A stretch of DNA of 64,000 nucleotides, taken from positions 28,017 to 92,016 of IMG/VR virus record IMGVR_UViG_2934356561_000002; one strand, 5' to 3'. Under the pieces are notes generated by a model, which saw nothing but the letters and a program-made list of their open reading frames with translations, was not told where the DNA came from and searched no databases. The position numbers and the translations under genes are program-made. This stretch comes from a virus. Lineage: Duplodnaviria; Caudoviricetes. This document shows, one piece after another, positions 37,718 through 46,785 of the stretch (position 1 is the stretch's first letter; each line of letters opens with the position of its first letter).

Positions 37718-39195
37718 GTCTCAACCCGGAAACCCGCCGTGGCCGCGTCCCCGACCACTCGGAAGAAGAAGTCCTTGTCGAGCTGTATGGCCCGGATAAC
37801 GACGGGTGGTACTCCTCTCGCATCCTCGACTGGATCGGCCTGTCCGACGACCTTCGCGACCCTGACACGCGGGGCTACCTGGTGCTGCGCGCTCTGGTCT
37901 ACGAGAAGTACAAGAAGCCCGTCCGCAATCTCACGCTCTCGCTTCTGTGCGAGCTGATCCCAGGTCCGAACGGGAAGGCCAGCAGCCAAGGGCGTGTCCG
38001 AGGAATCCTCAAGGCGCTGTCCGACGTCGGTCTCATCTCCACTCCGGAGGGAGGCCCCGTGAAGACCTCTTCCCGTGCCTCGGCGGCGGGAAAGCCGCTG
38101 CGTATCCGCATCAACGACATGCCGGAGGAGGGCTACTCGGGGTGGCGGAACGTCGAGGCCAAGCTCAAGTGGTTGCAGGCGGGCAAGCCCTCCATGAGGG
38201 CGGGTCAGAATTCTGACCCGGTGTCCAAGCCGGGCGAGGGTGAGACCGAAGCGGGTCAAAATTCTGACCCGGGGGGTTCGAATTCCGACCCGGACTCTGG
38301 GAACGACCTGCGGAAACGCGAGCACCCACTGGTTCCTTCTGTTGGTGCGAGCGATGCCCTTTCAGGGCGTAGCCCTGGGGACGCCCGGAGGGCATCTGAC
38401 CGTAGTAAGCGTGCGCGCGAGGAAGGCGGCTTTGCCGCGTCCGGCAAGACCAGCCCCTCCCCCGCACCGAACAACGACACCGACCGGCCGGCTCGAGGAC
38501 AGAAGAGCGGCAGCAAGAAGGCGGCCCACACCCGGGAGCAGCTCGACATCGTCCGCCGGGTGCGTGCCTTGTTCCCCCGTGAGCTCCTCAATGCCGCGGG
38601 TGGTCTCCCGGACGTCCCGACTCTGTCGTCGGCGATCCTGACGGCGATGGGTGAGGGCCGGACGGTGGAGCAGATGGGTGAGCGGATCTGGTACCGGTGG
38701 TCGAATCATGGGTTCGCGGACCAGTGGGCGGAGCTCGGCCGGTTCGAGAAGCCGGTCGGTGTCGCTGTCGCCTTGGTGCGGCCATTGCGCCGCGGGGACC
38801 GGTTCGCGTGCCCGGATCTGCGGTGCGAGAACGGGGCCAGCCTGGACACCGGTGCGCCGTGCGTCCGGTGCGAGGAGCGGATCGCGGACTGGAAGGCGGA
38901 GCGGGTCCGGAAGTACAGCCAGAAGCCGCCCTCGGGGGTTAACTCGGCCCCGGCCGCGCCTGGTTCACCCAGTCTGACGATGCCGCCTCAGCGGGCCTCA
39001 CAGCCCCGCACTGAGGACGACTGGCGCCAACAGGCCGCGGCCGCGGAGAAGGCTCTCATCGACTCGGAGTGCAGCGGCCGCGACAACATGTGCGGTCGGA
39101 TGCTTGCTCCCGGGAAGACCCTCTGCAGGGATTGTGCCGAGGACGCCGCGGAGCAGTACGCCCTCGAGAACGCGGGCGCACCCGCCCCGTTCTGA
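37714..39195 (+). CDS. putative replication initiator protein
   Basis: GTGA-coupled start; N-terminal wHTH-like region, internal iteron-like repeats, C-terminal Cys clusters. Confidence 0.65.
   Translation: MSLNPETRRGRVPDHSEEEVLVELYGPDNDGWYSSRILDWIGLSDDLRDPDTRGYLVLRALVYEKYKKPVRNLTLSLLCELIPGPNGKASSQGRVRGILKALSDVGLISTPEGGPVKTSSRASAAGKPLRIRINDMPEEGYSGWRNVEAKLKWLQAGKPSMRAGQNSDPVSKPGEGETEAGQNSDPGGSNSDPDSGNDLRKREHPLVPSVGASDALSGRSPGDARRASDRSKRAREEGGFAASGKTSPSPAPNNDTDRPARGQKSGSKKAAHTREQLDIVRRVRALFPRELLNAAGGLPDVPTLSSAILTAMGEGRTVEQMGERIWYRWSNHGFADQWAELGRFEKPVGVAVALVRPLRRGDRFACPDLRCENGASLDTGAPCVRCEERIADWKAERVRKYSQKPPSGVNSAPAAPGSPSLTMPPQRASQPRTEDDWRQQAAAAEKALIDSECSGRDNMCGRMLAPGKTLCRDCAEDAAEQYALENAGAPAPF
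38201..38292. repeat. three 20-bp palindromic iterons (candidate origin)
   Basis: CGGGTCAGAATTCTGACCCG (perfect palindrome), CGGGTCAAAATTCTGACCCG, GGGGTTCGAATTCCGACCCG. Confidence 0.75.
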
Positions 39196-39297
39196 CACCC
39201 TGCCCGGGTCGGCCTTCGTGGTCGGCCCGGATGACCTGTTCAGCGCGATGCCCCCGTCCCTGGTGAGGGTTCGGGGCATCGGCACGCCGAGAACACC

Positions 39298-39335
39298 AAT
39301 ACCCATTGCGTTCACCATGGGAATTCGGGTAGCTT
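39298..39335 (+). promoter_or_regulatory. 28-bp operator (family site 1) within a sigma70-like promoter
   Basis: AATACCCATT-N8-CATGGGAATT; TTGCGT-18-TAGCTT. Confidence 0.6.
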
Positions 39336-39452
39336 CAGTGCTGCACGGGGACGCCGCCATCCTTGCCAGACAACCGGCGCCCCCTACAGCACGGCCGGAG
39401 CCGAGCACGCCCATCATGCCGCCCTCACACCCAGAAAGGTAGTTGGCCCATC

Positions 39453-39602
39453 GTGCTCAGTTCCGGCCCCGGATCCGCCTACTACGCCCTCACCCCACTA
39501 CTCGCCGCCCTCGGCATCTTCCAGCCCGACGCACTCCAGGCTGTCGCTACCGCCTTTGGCATCGTCTTAGCTCTGATCGAGATTCAGAAGCGAACTGGCT
39601 GA
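39453..39602 (+). CDS. small hydrophobic membrane peptide
   Basis: GAAAGG RBS; two hydrophobic stretches; terminator follows. Confidence 0.45.
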   Translation: MLSSGPGSAYYALTPLLAALGIFQPDALQAVATAFGIVLALIEIQKRTG

Positions 39603-39608
39603 ACCCCC

Positions 39609-39646
39609 GTCGGCCACCACGCGCAGTGGTGGCCGACCGTTTGTTT
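39609..39646 (+). terminator. intrinsic terminator
   Basis: GTCGGCCACCAC-GCGCA-GTGGTGGCCGAC followed by GTTTGTTT. Confidence 0.75.
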
Positions 39647-39755
39647 GTCGCTGGTCAAGATGCCAGGCAGCGCACTATCCCTTCCGATCAGACCCGATTG
39701 TCGGACCCTGCCCGTAGCGTTGTTGGTCCTACTCGTATGGCTGCGGGGAGTGCTG

Positions 39756-41018
39756 ATGGACGACGACCTCGAGCGTGACAGCGACGAAGAGCTCTACCGG
39801 AACCCGGTCTACTACGAACCGGCCAGCCGCAACCTCGACCTGACCCGGGCCGACCTCGGCGTACCGAACGGCGAAGGCCTCCTCGACGAACTCCTCCGCA
39901 TGCGGAAGCGTGTCCCCGTCGACCGCCGCGGGCTGATCTGCCCCGACTGCCGGGACATCCGACGTCGGCGCGTCCCCATGTACCTCGTCGAGCGCGACGG
40001 CGTCTGGCTCGCCTCCCACTACCGCAAGCCCGGCGAGAAGCACATCAGCCACGAGTCCGACGAACACCTCGCCCGCAAGGAACGCGTCGCGAAGGACTCC
40101 GAAGACCACGGCTACCGAGCCAACATCGAGTCAAAGGCCGCTGACGGGCGTGCCCGCCTGGACGTACGTATCAGCGGCGCCAACGGCATCGTCCTGGGCT
40201 ACGAGCCGCAGCTGAGCGCGCAGACCGCTCGAGGAATGCGGGCACGCGAAGGGTTCCGGCGCCGCGACGGCATCCAGTCCGTGTGGGACTTCGCCGACCC
40301 CGACCACACAGGCATCGGCACGGTCCCGTACGTCCGCACCCCGAACCTGCCGGCCTCCGTCATCCGCGTACAGAAGAACCCCATCGCGATCCGGGACGGC
40401 AACTATGTCCTCGAGGAAGGGCACTGCACTCAGAGCGGTGCACTCGACCGCTGCCCAGAGAAGCCCTACGACCCGGAGAACCCCACCGCAACCGGGTACT
40501 GCGGCGGATGGCACCGCATCCTCGTTCCCGCCCACCAGTCGAGCTCGTACGCGGAGCAAGGTGACCGGGCGGGACTGACCCTGACCCAGTTCATCGTGGA
40601 GGCCGCAGCCGGCGAGCGGGTCCCATTCCAGCACAACGGTCACCACGGCTGGTTGCCGGCGCAGCAGTGGCAGAAGTACGTGGAAGCGAACGGCCCCACC
40701 GCGGGTGATCGGGAGCGTGCACCGTTACTCCGGCAGGGAGACCGGCGAGACCGTTGCACCGAGGACCGCCCGGCCTCGGACGTGCGGTCCGAACCGCAGG
40801 AGCGCCGCGGGAGCCGCATGGTCGTCCTCGAGACCCGTGCCGCCCCGGAAGCGGAGACCGTTGAGGTTTCGCGTGACGCGGCAGGCCAGCCGATTCCCAT
40901 GTGCCGCTTCAGTTGCGGAATGGCTGCCAGCATGACGGGACCGGAGGGGCTGCCGGAGCACTGGTCATGCCGCAGGAAGGACGAGGAGACGCGACGGGCC
41001 GCAGGGCAGGCTGCGTAA
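39756..41018 (+). CDS. CoiA-like PD-(D/E)xK nuclease
   Basis: CPDC...ESDEHLARK...ARLDV...GYEPQLS. Confidence 0.7.
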   Translation: MDDDLERDSDEELYRNPVYYEPASRNLDLTRADLGVPNGEGLLDELLRMRKRVPVDRRGLICPDCRDIRRRRVPMYLVERDGVWLASHYRKPGEKHISHESDEHLARKERVAKDSEDHGYRANIESKAADGRARLDVRISGANGIVLGYEPQLSAQTARGMRAREGFRRRDGIQSVWDFADPDHTGIGTVPYVRTPNLPASVIRVQKNPIAIRDGNYVLEEGHCTQSGALDRCPEKPYDPENPTATGYCGGWHRILVPAHQSSSYAEQGDRAGLTLTQFIVEAAAGERVPFQHNGHHGWLPAQQWQKYVEANGPTAGDRERAPLLRQGDRRDRCTEDRPASDVRSEPQERRGSRMVVLETRAAPEAETVEVSRDAAGQPIPMCRFSCGMAASMTGPEGLPEHWSCRRKDEETRRAAGQAA

Positions 41019-41438
41019 CGTCATCGCGATCCCCCTGCCAGCCTCGCGGACGCACTGCAGGACTGGCTGGGCGTGTCCTCGACACCGGATGAGGACGTGG
41101 CGGAGTTCGTCGGGTGGAGCGTGGAGGAAGTCGCCCGCCATCGCGAGGAAGCCTGACACTTGTCCGGGCGGGCCTCGGTCTGGCCTGTCTATCCGCTTCG
41201 CTTTGGAGAAACATTGAGCGACAACCCAGCCCACCACCTGGACGTCGCGTACGCCGGCTCGACCTGAACCGTCCGCCGGATACCGCGTGCCCGGCGCCCT
41301 GACGCGCTACCTCACCAACCCGCGCCAAGGCCACCCCAGTCACCTCCAGGGGTGGCCTTCCGTCGTTTTCCGGCAGGCGGTCAGTACCCGCTGTAACGCT
41401 GGCCGCCGTACACCCACACCCGATCAAGGAGTCGATCA

Positions 41439-41654
41439 ATGGACCAGGAACCCCGCCCCTCGACATGGTCGCGGTGCGCCGAGCTCCTTGACAGCCTGAT
41501 CCTGTGCTGCGACAAGGTGACCGGGACACTGCGTGCGGCGCGTAAGGCGGCCCAGGAGGCCACGAAGGCCTGGGGGCACGCGCAGCCCCTTGTGGCAGCG
41601 GTTGTGGCCCTGTTCAAGAAGCTCTTCGGATCAGCCGATCCCGGTTTCGCCTGA
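41439..41654 (+). CDS. small hypothetical protein
   Basis: AAGGAG RBS; amphipathic C-terminus. Confidence 0.55.
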   Translation: MDQEPRPSTWSRCAELLDSLILCCDKVTGTLRAARKAAQEATKAWGHAQPLVAAVVALFKKLFGSADPGFA

Positions 41655-41830
41655 TCCGCCGTGAACTGTTGGTGGCCGCGCAGGACTGGTCACCTGGGCT
41701 GCATCCGGGTCGACGGCCCTCACCCGTTCGGGGCCCGTGCTGCGTCTCCCGGACCCGTTCAACCTGGACCTGGACGCCAGCGGCCTGTCGCCTGCCTGAG
41801 CATGGCGCGGGTGCGGCGTACGGTGGAGAT

Positions 41831-42199
41831 ATGACCGGGCGGGTGCGCCGGTGCGCGTACATCCACTGTTCCAAGCCGCTGCCGGCGGGTGCCCGCAGCG
41901 ACAAGCAGTTCTGCAGCCCAGCTTGCAAGTCGGCAGCGCGACGGTGGCGCCACGATTACGCCGAGGCCGTCGCCATCGGCTTGTGGTTCAACCTGGGCGT
42001 AGAGACCGAGCTCGTGGCGCACTGCCCCGTATGCGGTCGGCGGTTCGCCCTGGGGCACGGACACCGACGCGATTCGATCTACGACCGTCCCGCGTGCCGA
42101 CAAGCCGCCTACCGGGCACGTCACCGGACAGAGCAGGTACGCGAAAGCGTCACTCGTAACGGATCGACGTACCCGCTTCAGGCCGCTGACCAGCGCTGA
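41831..42199 (+). CDS. zinc-finger protein
   Basis: C..HC..PL...QFCSPACK; CPVCGRRF...ACRQAAYR. Confidence 0.7.
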   Translation: MTGRVRRCAYIHCSKPLPAGARSDKQFCSPACKSAARRWRHDYAEAVAIGLWFNLGVETELVAHCPVCGRRFALGHGHRRDSIYDRPACRQAAYRARHRTEQVRESVTRNGSTYPLQAADQR

Positions 42200-42749
42200 C
42201 TCCGCTCGGGAAGATGGCGCGGGCGTGCCAGTTCAGCCTGGACCCAAGGCGCTGCTGCGCCGCGGTATGCCCCGTGTGGCGCCTGGGAGCCTCCCCGACA
42301 CGGGCTGACCGTGTAGCCGCCGGGTACCGTGTTCACTGGCTGGGTCTGTTTCACCACCGGTGATCAGCTTTTCACCCCAGCCCTCTGTACCCCGGATCAG
42401 CGCTCTGGCTCGGGGTACAGCCGCCTACCAAGCCGCCACGCTTACCTCTCAGTAGCGTGCGTAGGTCCTGTGTGCGCTTGCCCGGGGGCGAGTCGGTCTA
42501 CTGGCACCGCGGGGGAAGCGCGGCGCGCCCTGTCAAAGTGACCATCCTGCCTAACCTCGGCGGGTACAGTTGGGTCTACGGTCGTTGGGCCGTGGGCCCG
42601 GCTCGTGGCCCGGTGCATTCGGCCCAGACCGGACGCGCACGCCGAAGGTGCTCCGCGCCGAGCCGCCTTCCACACCTTTCGCCTTCGCTGGTCTCGCTCT
42701 TGAGCGGCCGGTGAGTCTGGGATCACCGCAGCCGCGGGAAGAGCTTGAG

Positions 42750-43163
42750 ATGCCGAAGGACCACGCCCGCAAGAAGGCCCTCGCCGCCATCAAGGGCGAG
42801 CTGGGCGTCAAGCACGCCGATGCCATCGCGCTCCTGGACCACCCCGACGCCGACGAGCGGGAAACCCTGGAGCGGTACCTGGCCGAGTACATCGACATCA
42901 ACACCTACGGTGAGGCCCTCGCCTGCCTCCGCCAGCAGCAGGCCGACCCGCGCAACCAACTCCTGTGTGAGACATGCGGCTGGACGAACAGCATGGTCTG
43001 TCCCGAGTGCCCCGGCTGCGGCTGCTACAACGACCAGTGCTCCGGCTGGAGGCACGCCGAGTACGAGGCGGAAATGCGCGCCGCGACCGGCGACTACGAC
43101 GCGGACAGTGACCCGTACGGCGAGTGCTGCTGCTACGAGGACGACGAGGAGCAGGCCGCATGA
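42750..43163 (+). CDS. Cys-rich hypothetical protein
   Basis: MPKDHARKKAL...CETCGW...CPEC.GCGC. Confidence 0.7.
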   Translation: MPKDHARKKALAAIKGELGVKHADAIALLDHPDADERETLERYLAEYIDINTYGEALACLRQQQADPRNQLLCETCGWTNSMVCPECPGCGCYNDQCSGWRHAEYEAEMRAATGDYDADSDPYGECCCYEDDEEQAA

Positions 43164-43888
43164 ACGAGCGCGACGTCCAGGCCGTCATCGAGGCCAGCGA
43201 CTACGTCCGCCACGGCAGCGTGACACGGCACGGAGGGTCGTACAGCACCTGCATCTGCCCGGCGGCCTGGTGCGGGGCCGTCGCCTCCGGCGACGAGCGG
43301 CACGACTGCCCAGAGCACAGCCTCAACCCGGTTCAGTACTGGCACTGGTCCGCCGAGTGCCCCCAGGTCCTCGCCGCCGCGCGCACAGCAGTCGGGCGGG
43401 GCCTGGCCGTCTTCCCGCTCCCCATCGGCGGCCGAATCCCCGAGCCCGGGTGGCAGCGCCAGGCCACCCTGTTCCCCGAGCAGCTGCCCGAGCTGCTCGC
43501 CGGGCGGGGCGTCGGCATCGGCTGCCGGGCCTCCAACACGGTCGTCCTGGACCTCGATGTCCACGCCGACGAAGACGGCCCCGGCGTCCTCGCGGCCCTG
43601 GCCAACCGGCTTGGGGAGACGGTGCCGGAGACGTTCGCCGTGGCCACGCCGTCCGGAGGCCGACACCTGTACTTCCGGGCGCCTATGGGCTGCACCATCG
43701 GCAGCGTCTCGGGCGGGCGCACAGCACTCGGGCCTGGGATCGACGTCCGCGGCCCTGGCCGCCGCAGCGGCGGATACCTCGTCGGCCCCGGCTCGCTCAT
43801 CGACGGACGGCCCTACACCATCGTCCGCGACGTGCCGGTGGCGCCGCTGCCCGACTGGATCGACCAACGCCTCCAGGCTCACAGGTAG
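43160..43888 (+). CDS. bifunctional DNA primase/polymerase (Prim-Pol) domain protein
   Basis: GLAVFPL, VVLDLD, TPSGGRHLYF, GIDVRG..GGYLVGPGS. Confidence 0.9.
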   Translation: MNERDVQAVIEASDYVRHGSVTRHGGSYSTCICPAAWCGAVASGDERHDCPEHSLNPVQYWHWSAECPQVLAAARTAVGRGLAVFPLPIGGRIPEPGWQRQATLFPEQLPELLAGRGVGIGCRASNTVVLDLDVHADEDGPGVLAALANRLGETVPETFAVATPSGGRHLYFRAPMGCTIGSVSGGRTALGPGIDVRGPGRRSGGYLVGPGSLIDGRPYTIVRDVPVAPLPDWIDQRLQAHR

Positions 43889-43925
43889 AAGATCCCCGCG
43901 CCCCACGACCTCTCCGGCCCCAGAC

Positions 43926-44276
43926 TTGTGCTCTGGCCCGGGGTACAGCCGTGTCTCCACCAGCAACGCCGGCCTTGCCCCCAGCAACGTCTCCTCCACC
44001 GTCGACGGTCTCGCCACGCTCCTTGAACGGCTCCCCCAAACCCTGGAGCAGACGTCCCGTGCCCTTCAGCATCTCGAGGAGCAGCAGGCGATTCGGATGG
44101 CGAACGATGGCGACCCGGGCGAGGAGGTGTCCGTGGTGCTGCGTGCATTGCTGAACGCGCAGCAGGCCATCGTGGTGGCTCATGGGCACATGCGGGAGGC
44201 GGCCGGCCCGCTGTCGGACATGGGCGGTCACTTCGTCGACGAAGACGGGCTCTGGGACGCCTATGCGACCATGTGA
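43926..44276 (+). CDS. hypothetical protein, possibly 5'-truncated
   Basis: Helical coding-like frame with no clear RBS or start. Confidence 0.4.
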   Translation: MCSGPGYSRVSTSNAGLAPSNVSSTVDGLATLLERLPQTLEQTSRALQHLEEQQAIRMANDGDPGEEVSVVLRALLNAQQAIVVAHGHMREAAGPLSDMGGHFVDEDGLWDAYATM

Positions 44277-44307
44277 GTGGCTGGCAGCCCACCACTAGGC
44301 TGCGGCA

Positions 44308-44925
44308 ATGAAGTTCGAATCCCCGGAACGCCCCAGCGAGGCTGAGCTGGCCGCGAAGAGCATGGTCCAGATCTGGGCAGAGGCAGTAGTCAGGCAGGCC
44401 GCGAGAGCTCGTACCATCCGAAAGAAGGACGACACCGACTTCCGGAATCACGAACGTGGCGAGGACTGGAGCGACGCCCTCAAAGACGAGCTCGGCCCGA
44501 ACTGGCGAACTAGGTGGGCTGAAGAACACACGCTGGTCTGGTCTGCCCACCAGCTTGAGCAATGGACCATCCGCCTGGCCAACATTCGGGGCGAAGACCC
44601 ACCCGCGGTCAACGAGAACCTGAAGAACGTGCGCGATGCTCTCGAGCACCTCAACGAGGTGGACCTGACCGAGACAACTGCCAGTGCGCCCTCGCCCCAG
44701 CGGAAGAAGGACCCCAGGGGGCGTTCGCTGCGTGAGCACTTCCCGAACGAGACCCTGGTACTGGGCCTCGGGGGCCAAACGCTCTTTCATTTCCTTGATC
44801 CCGAGGCTCTCGACAAGTCCGCAGTTGAGATTCTTCGGAAGGTTCGGGAGGACCTCGATGTCGAACGTCTCCGTCAGGAGGAGGCAGAGGTGAGCGCCTA
44901 CGTGGACATGCTGATGGAACGCTGA
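44308..44925 (+). CDS. hypothetical protein (possible HEPN-like RxxxxH)
   Basis: LKNVRDALEH motif; lower GC than neighbours; hairpin at 44941-44964. Confidence 0.6.
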   Translation: MKFESPERPSEAELAAKSMVQIWAEAVVRQAARARTIRKKDDTDFRNHERGEDWSDALKDELGPNWRTRWAEEHTLVWSAHQLEQWTIRLANIRGEDPPAVNENLKNVRDALEHLNEVDLTETTASAPSPQRKKDPRGRSLREHFPNETLVLGLGGQTLFHFLDPEALDKSAVEILRKVREDLDVERLRQEEAEVSAYVDMLMER

Positions 44926-44980
44926 GTTGTCTCTCTGGTGGCCCCGGACTGTATGGTCCGGGGCTTTGTTGCGCCTGCGG

Positions 44981-45517
44981 TCAGAGGTCGATGACGGCCC
45001 AGATGCGGCGCCCGTCAGGCCCGGTGTCGGTCCCGCACCCGGTGACGGCCTGGTGCGCGGTGATCCTGTGCAGGACATCCCCGCCCGCATCGTCAAGCCC
45101 AGTGGTGAGGGTGGTGTGGTGGGAGAGGGCGAGGATGCAGGCTTGCCCGTCCTGATCCGACAGGTGCACGGACACTTTCGTCCCACCGTCGGCGACCGCG
45201 GCCTCGACGAGCAGCGTCGTCACCGCTTCCACCGCGGTGACCATGTCCGGGGCTGGCCGGTACCGCCACTTCCCCAGCTGCACCATGACCGCGGCCCGTG
45301 CCTTCCCGGCCGCCCACGGGGCTGACTCCAAGGACCAGTTCGCCCCGCGCCGGTTCACCATGCCCACCCCGCGCCGCGCGGTCGGCATCACCTGGCTGGG
45401 TGGGGGCTTCGGGTCCTGCGGGTTCGGCCGGGGAGGGTTCGGCGGCTTCTTCGGCGGAGGGGGCGTCTTCGGCGGGTACGACGGCGGCGTCGGGCCGGCT
45501 TCCACGGGCAGTGACAC
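44981..45517 (-). CDS. HATPase-like (anti-sigma-type) protein with Pro-rich N-terminus
   Basis: GKARAAV...TTLLVEAAV...GCGT..GPDGRRIWA; GGGAGG RBS. Confidence 0.7.
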   Translation of the reverse strand: MSLPVEAGPTPPSYPPKTPPPPKKPPNPPRPNPQDPKPPPSQVMPTARRGVGMVNRRGANWSLESAPWAAGKARAAVMVQLGKWRYRPAPDMVTAVEAVTTLLVEAAVADGGTKVSVHLSDQDGQACILALSHHTTLTTGLDDAGGDVLHRITAHQAVTGCGTDTGPDGRRIWAVIDL

Positions 45518-45647
45518 GAGGGCCTCCCAGAGTGTAGGGCAGTGGGGTGTGCCCGTGCTCAGCGTAGAGGCGCAGCGGTTGCTGGGGACCGGTTCGGGCG
45601 GGATGAGCCCTGGACGGGCGGGAGTTGGGGCCAATTCACGATGTCGC

Positions 45648-45691
45648 TACCTCAATTCCCATGGCTATAGTCATGGGAATTGAGGTAAGGT
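45648..45691. promoter_or_regulatory. 40-bp near-perfect palindrome; operator family site 2 at a divergent promoter
   Basis: TACCTCAATTCCCATG-GCTATAGT-CATGGGAATTGAGGTA. Confidence 0.7.
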
Positions 45692-45774
45692 GGACTCTCT
45701 GGGATTGACCGGCGGCAACGAACTCCGCCACCAGGCCCACCCTGAGAACAGCCCCCTTCCCCAGGAGCCGCCAC

Positions 45775-46080
45775 ATGCCCGACACCCCGGCCACCGCCAC
45801 CGTTTCCCTGCCGATCCCCGTCGTCGTAACCCGACACCAGTGCCCGCACTGCCGGACCACTCGAGCGAAGAAGGCCGCCGCCGCTGCGCACATTGCACGC
45901 TGCTGGCAGAACCCGGACGCCCGCGCCTGCAAGACCTGCGCGCACTTCACCCCCGCCGACCCGGACGGCCCCTACCCCGAACACCCCGGCTGGCCCGAGC
46001 AGTGCGAAGCCGGGCGCAGCATCACCAGCGGACTTGTTACGGCCTGCCCCGACCACGCCACCGAGGAGACGGGCCGATGA
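45775..46080 (+). CDS. Cys-rich hypothetical protein
   Basis: AGGAG RBS; CPHC, HIARCW, CKTCAH. Confidence 0.7.
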   Translation: MPDTPATATVSLPIPVVVTRHQCPHCRTTRAKKAAAAAHIARCWQNPDARACKTCAHFTPADPDGPYPEHPGWPEQCEAGRSITSGLVTACPDHATEETGR

Positions 46081-46346
46081 GCGAGCACCCCATGGACCGG
46101 GCCTATCGACTCGGAGCCACCCGCATTCCCGAAGACCTGGTCATTGAAATCTGCGAGGCCACGAACTCCGGCCACCCGACCGGATGGCCCACCTTCCTCG
46201 ACCGCGACAGCGAAGTGTGGGGACTGACCGCCGAGAAGTACGACGGCGACACGGTGATGCTCCCCAGTGCGGGCGACATGGATCCCATGCTCCGCCGGGA
46301 CGTTGAAGCCCACTTCGGACCACTCGCCGAGGAGCCGACCCGATGA
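46077..46346 (+). CDS. phiSA1p31-like small phage protein
   Basis: DRDSEVW...V..HFGPL motif; ATGA coupling. Confidence 0.6.
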   Translation: MSEHPMDRAYRLGATRIPEDLVIEICEATNSGHPTGWPTFLDRDSEVWGLTAEKYDGDTVMLPSAGDMDPMLRRDVEAHFGPLAEEPTR

Positions 46347-46624
46347 GCGAGGTCCTGGCCGCCGTGCTGCTCCTTGCCGCCGGATACGGGCTCGGACGCT
46401 GGCGCCTTGGCACCCGGCTCTTTAACTGGGCCGACGACGCGTCCCGTCGCGGGCGCCGCTCCCCGGCCTGGTGGATCGCCCAGCCCATCGGCTTGATCGC
46501 CCTTGCATGGATGTTCACCGTCCACCCGCGGCGGTCCATTTCCAACGTCCGTGCTTGGCGCAAGGCCGATGAGACCCGCGCGCCCGTCCCCGCATACGAC
46601 CCGAACTGGAAGAACCGCCGATGA
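46343..46624 (+). CDS. small membrane protein
   Basis: Hydrophobic N-terminus; ATGA coupling. Confidence 0.6.
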   Translation: MSEVLAAVLLLAAGYGLGRWRLGTRLFNWADDASRRGRRSPAWWIAQPIGLIALAWMFTVHPRRSISNVRAWRKADETRAPVPAYDPNWKNRR

Positions 46625-46785
46625 GCACCCCGTCCAGCACCCCTCGGGGCGAGCGAGCCGGCCGCCCCGGCACCCAGTGGGGAACCGAGCTCCGCACCAC
46701 CGGCGAGCACGTCATACCCGACGACGCACCCACACCCCAGCCCAACCGGGCCGCCCGGCGAGCAGCACGACGGAGGAAGAAGTGA
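46621..46785 (+). CDS. small hypothetical protein
   Basis: Ends PNRAARRAARRRKK; coupled at both ends. Confidence 0.55.
   Translation: MSTPSSTPRGERAGRPGTQWGTELRTTGEHVIPDDAPTPQPNRAARRAARRRKK

Noticed and set aside
42560-42745. Structured ncRNA or riboswitch upstream of 42750
   Set aside because: GC-rich stems are possible but no known family consensus was recognised; a covariance search would be needed.
45648-45687. 40-bp palindrome as a protelomerase (telRL) site
   Set aside because: No protelomerase is seen in the window, and two related imperfect copies sit in promoters, so an operator is the simpler explanation.
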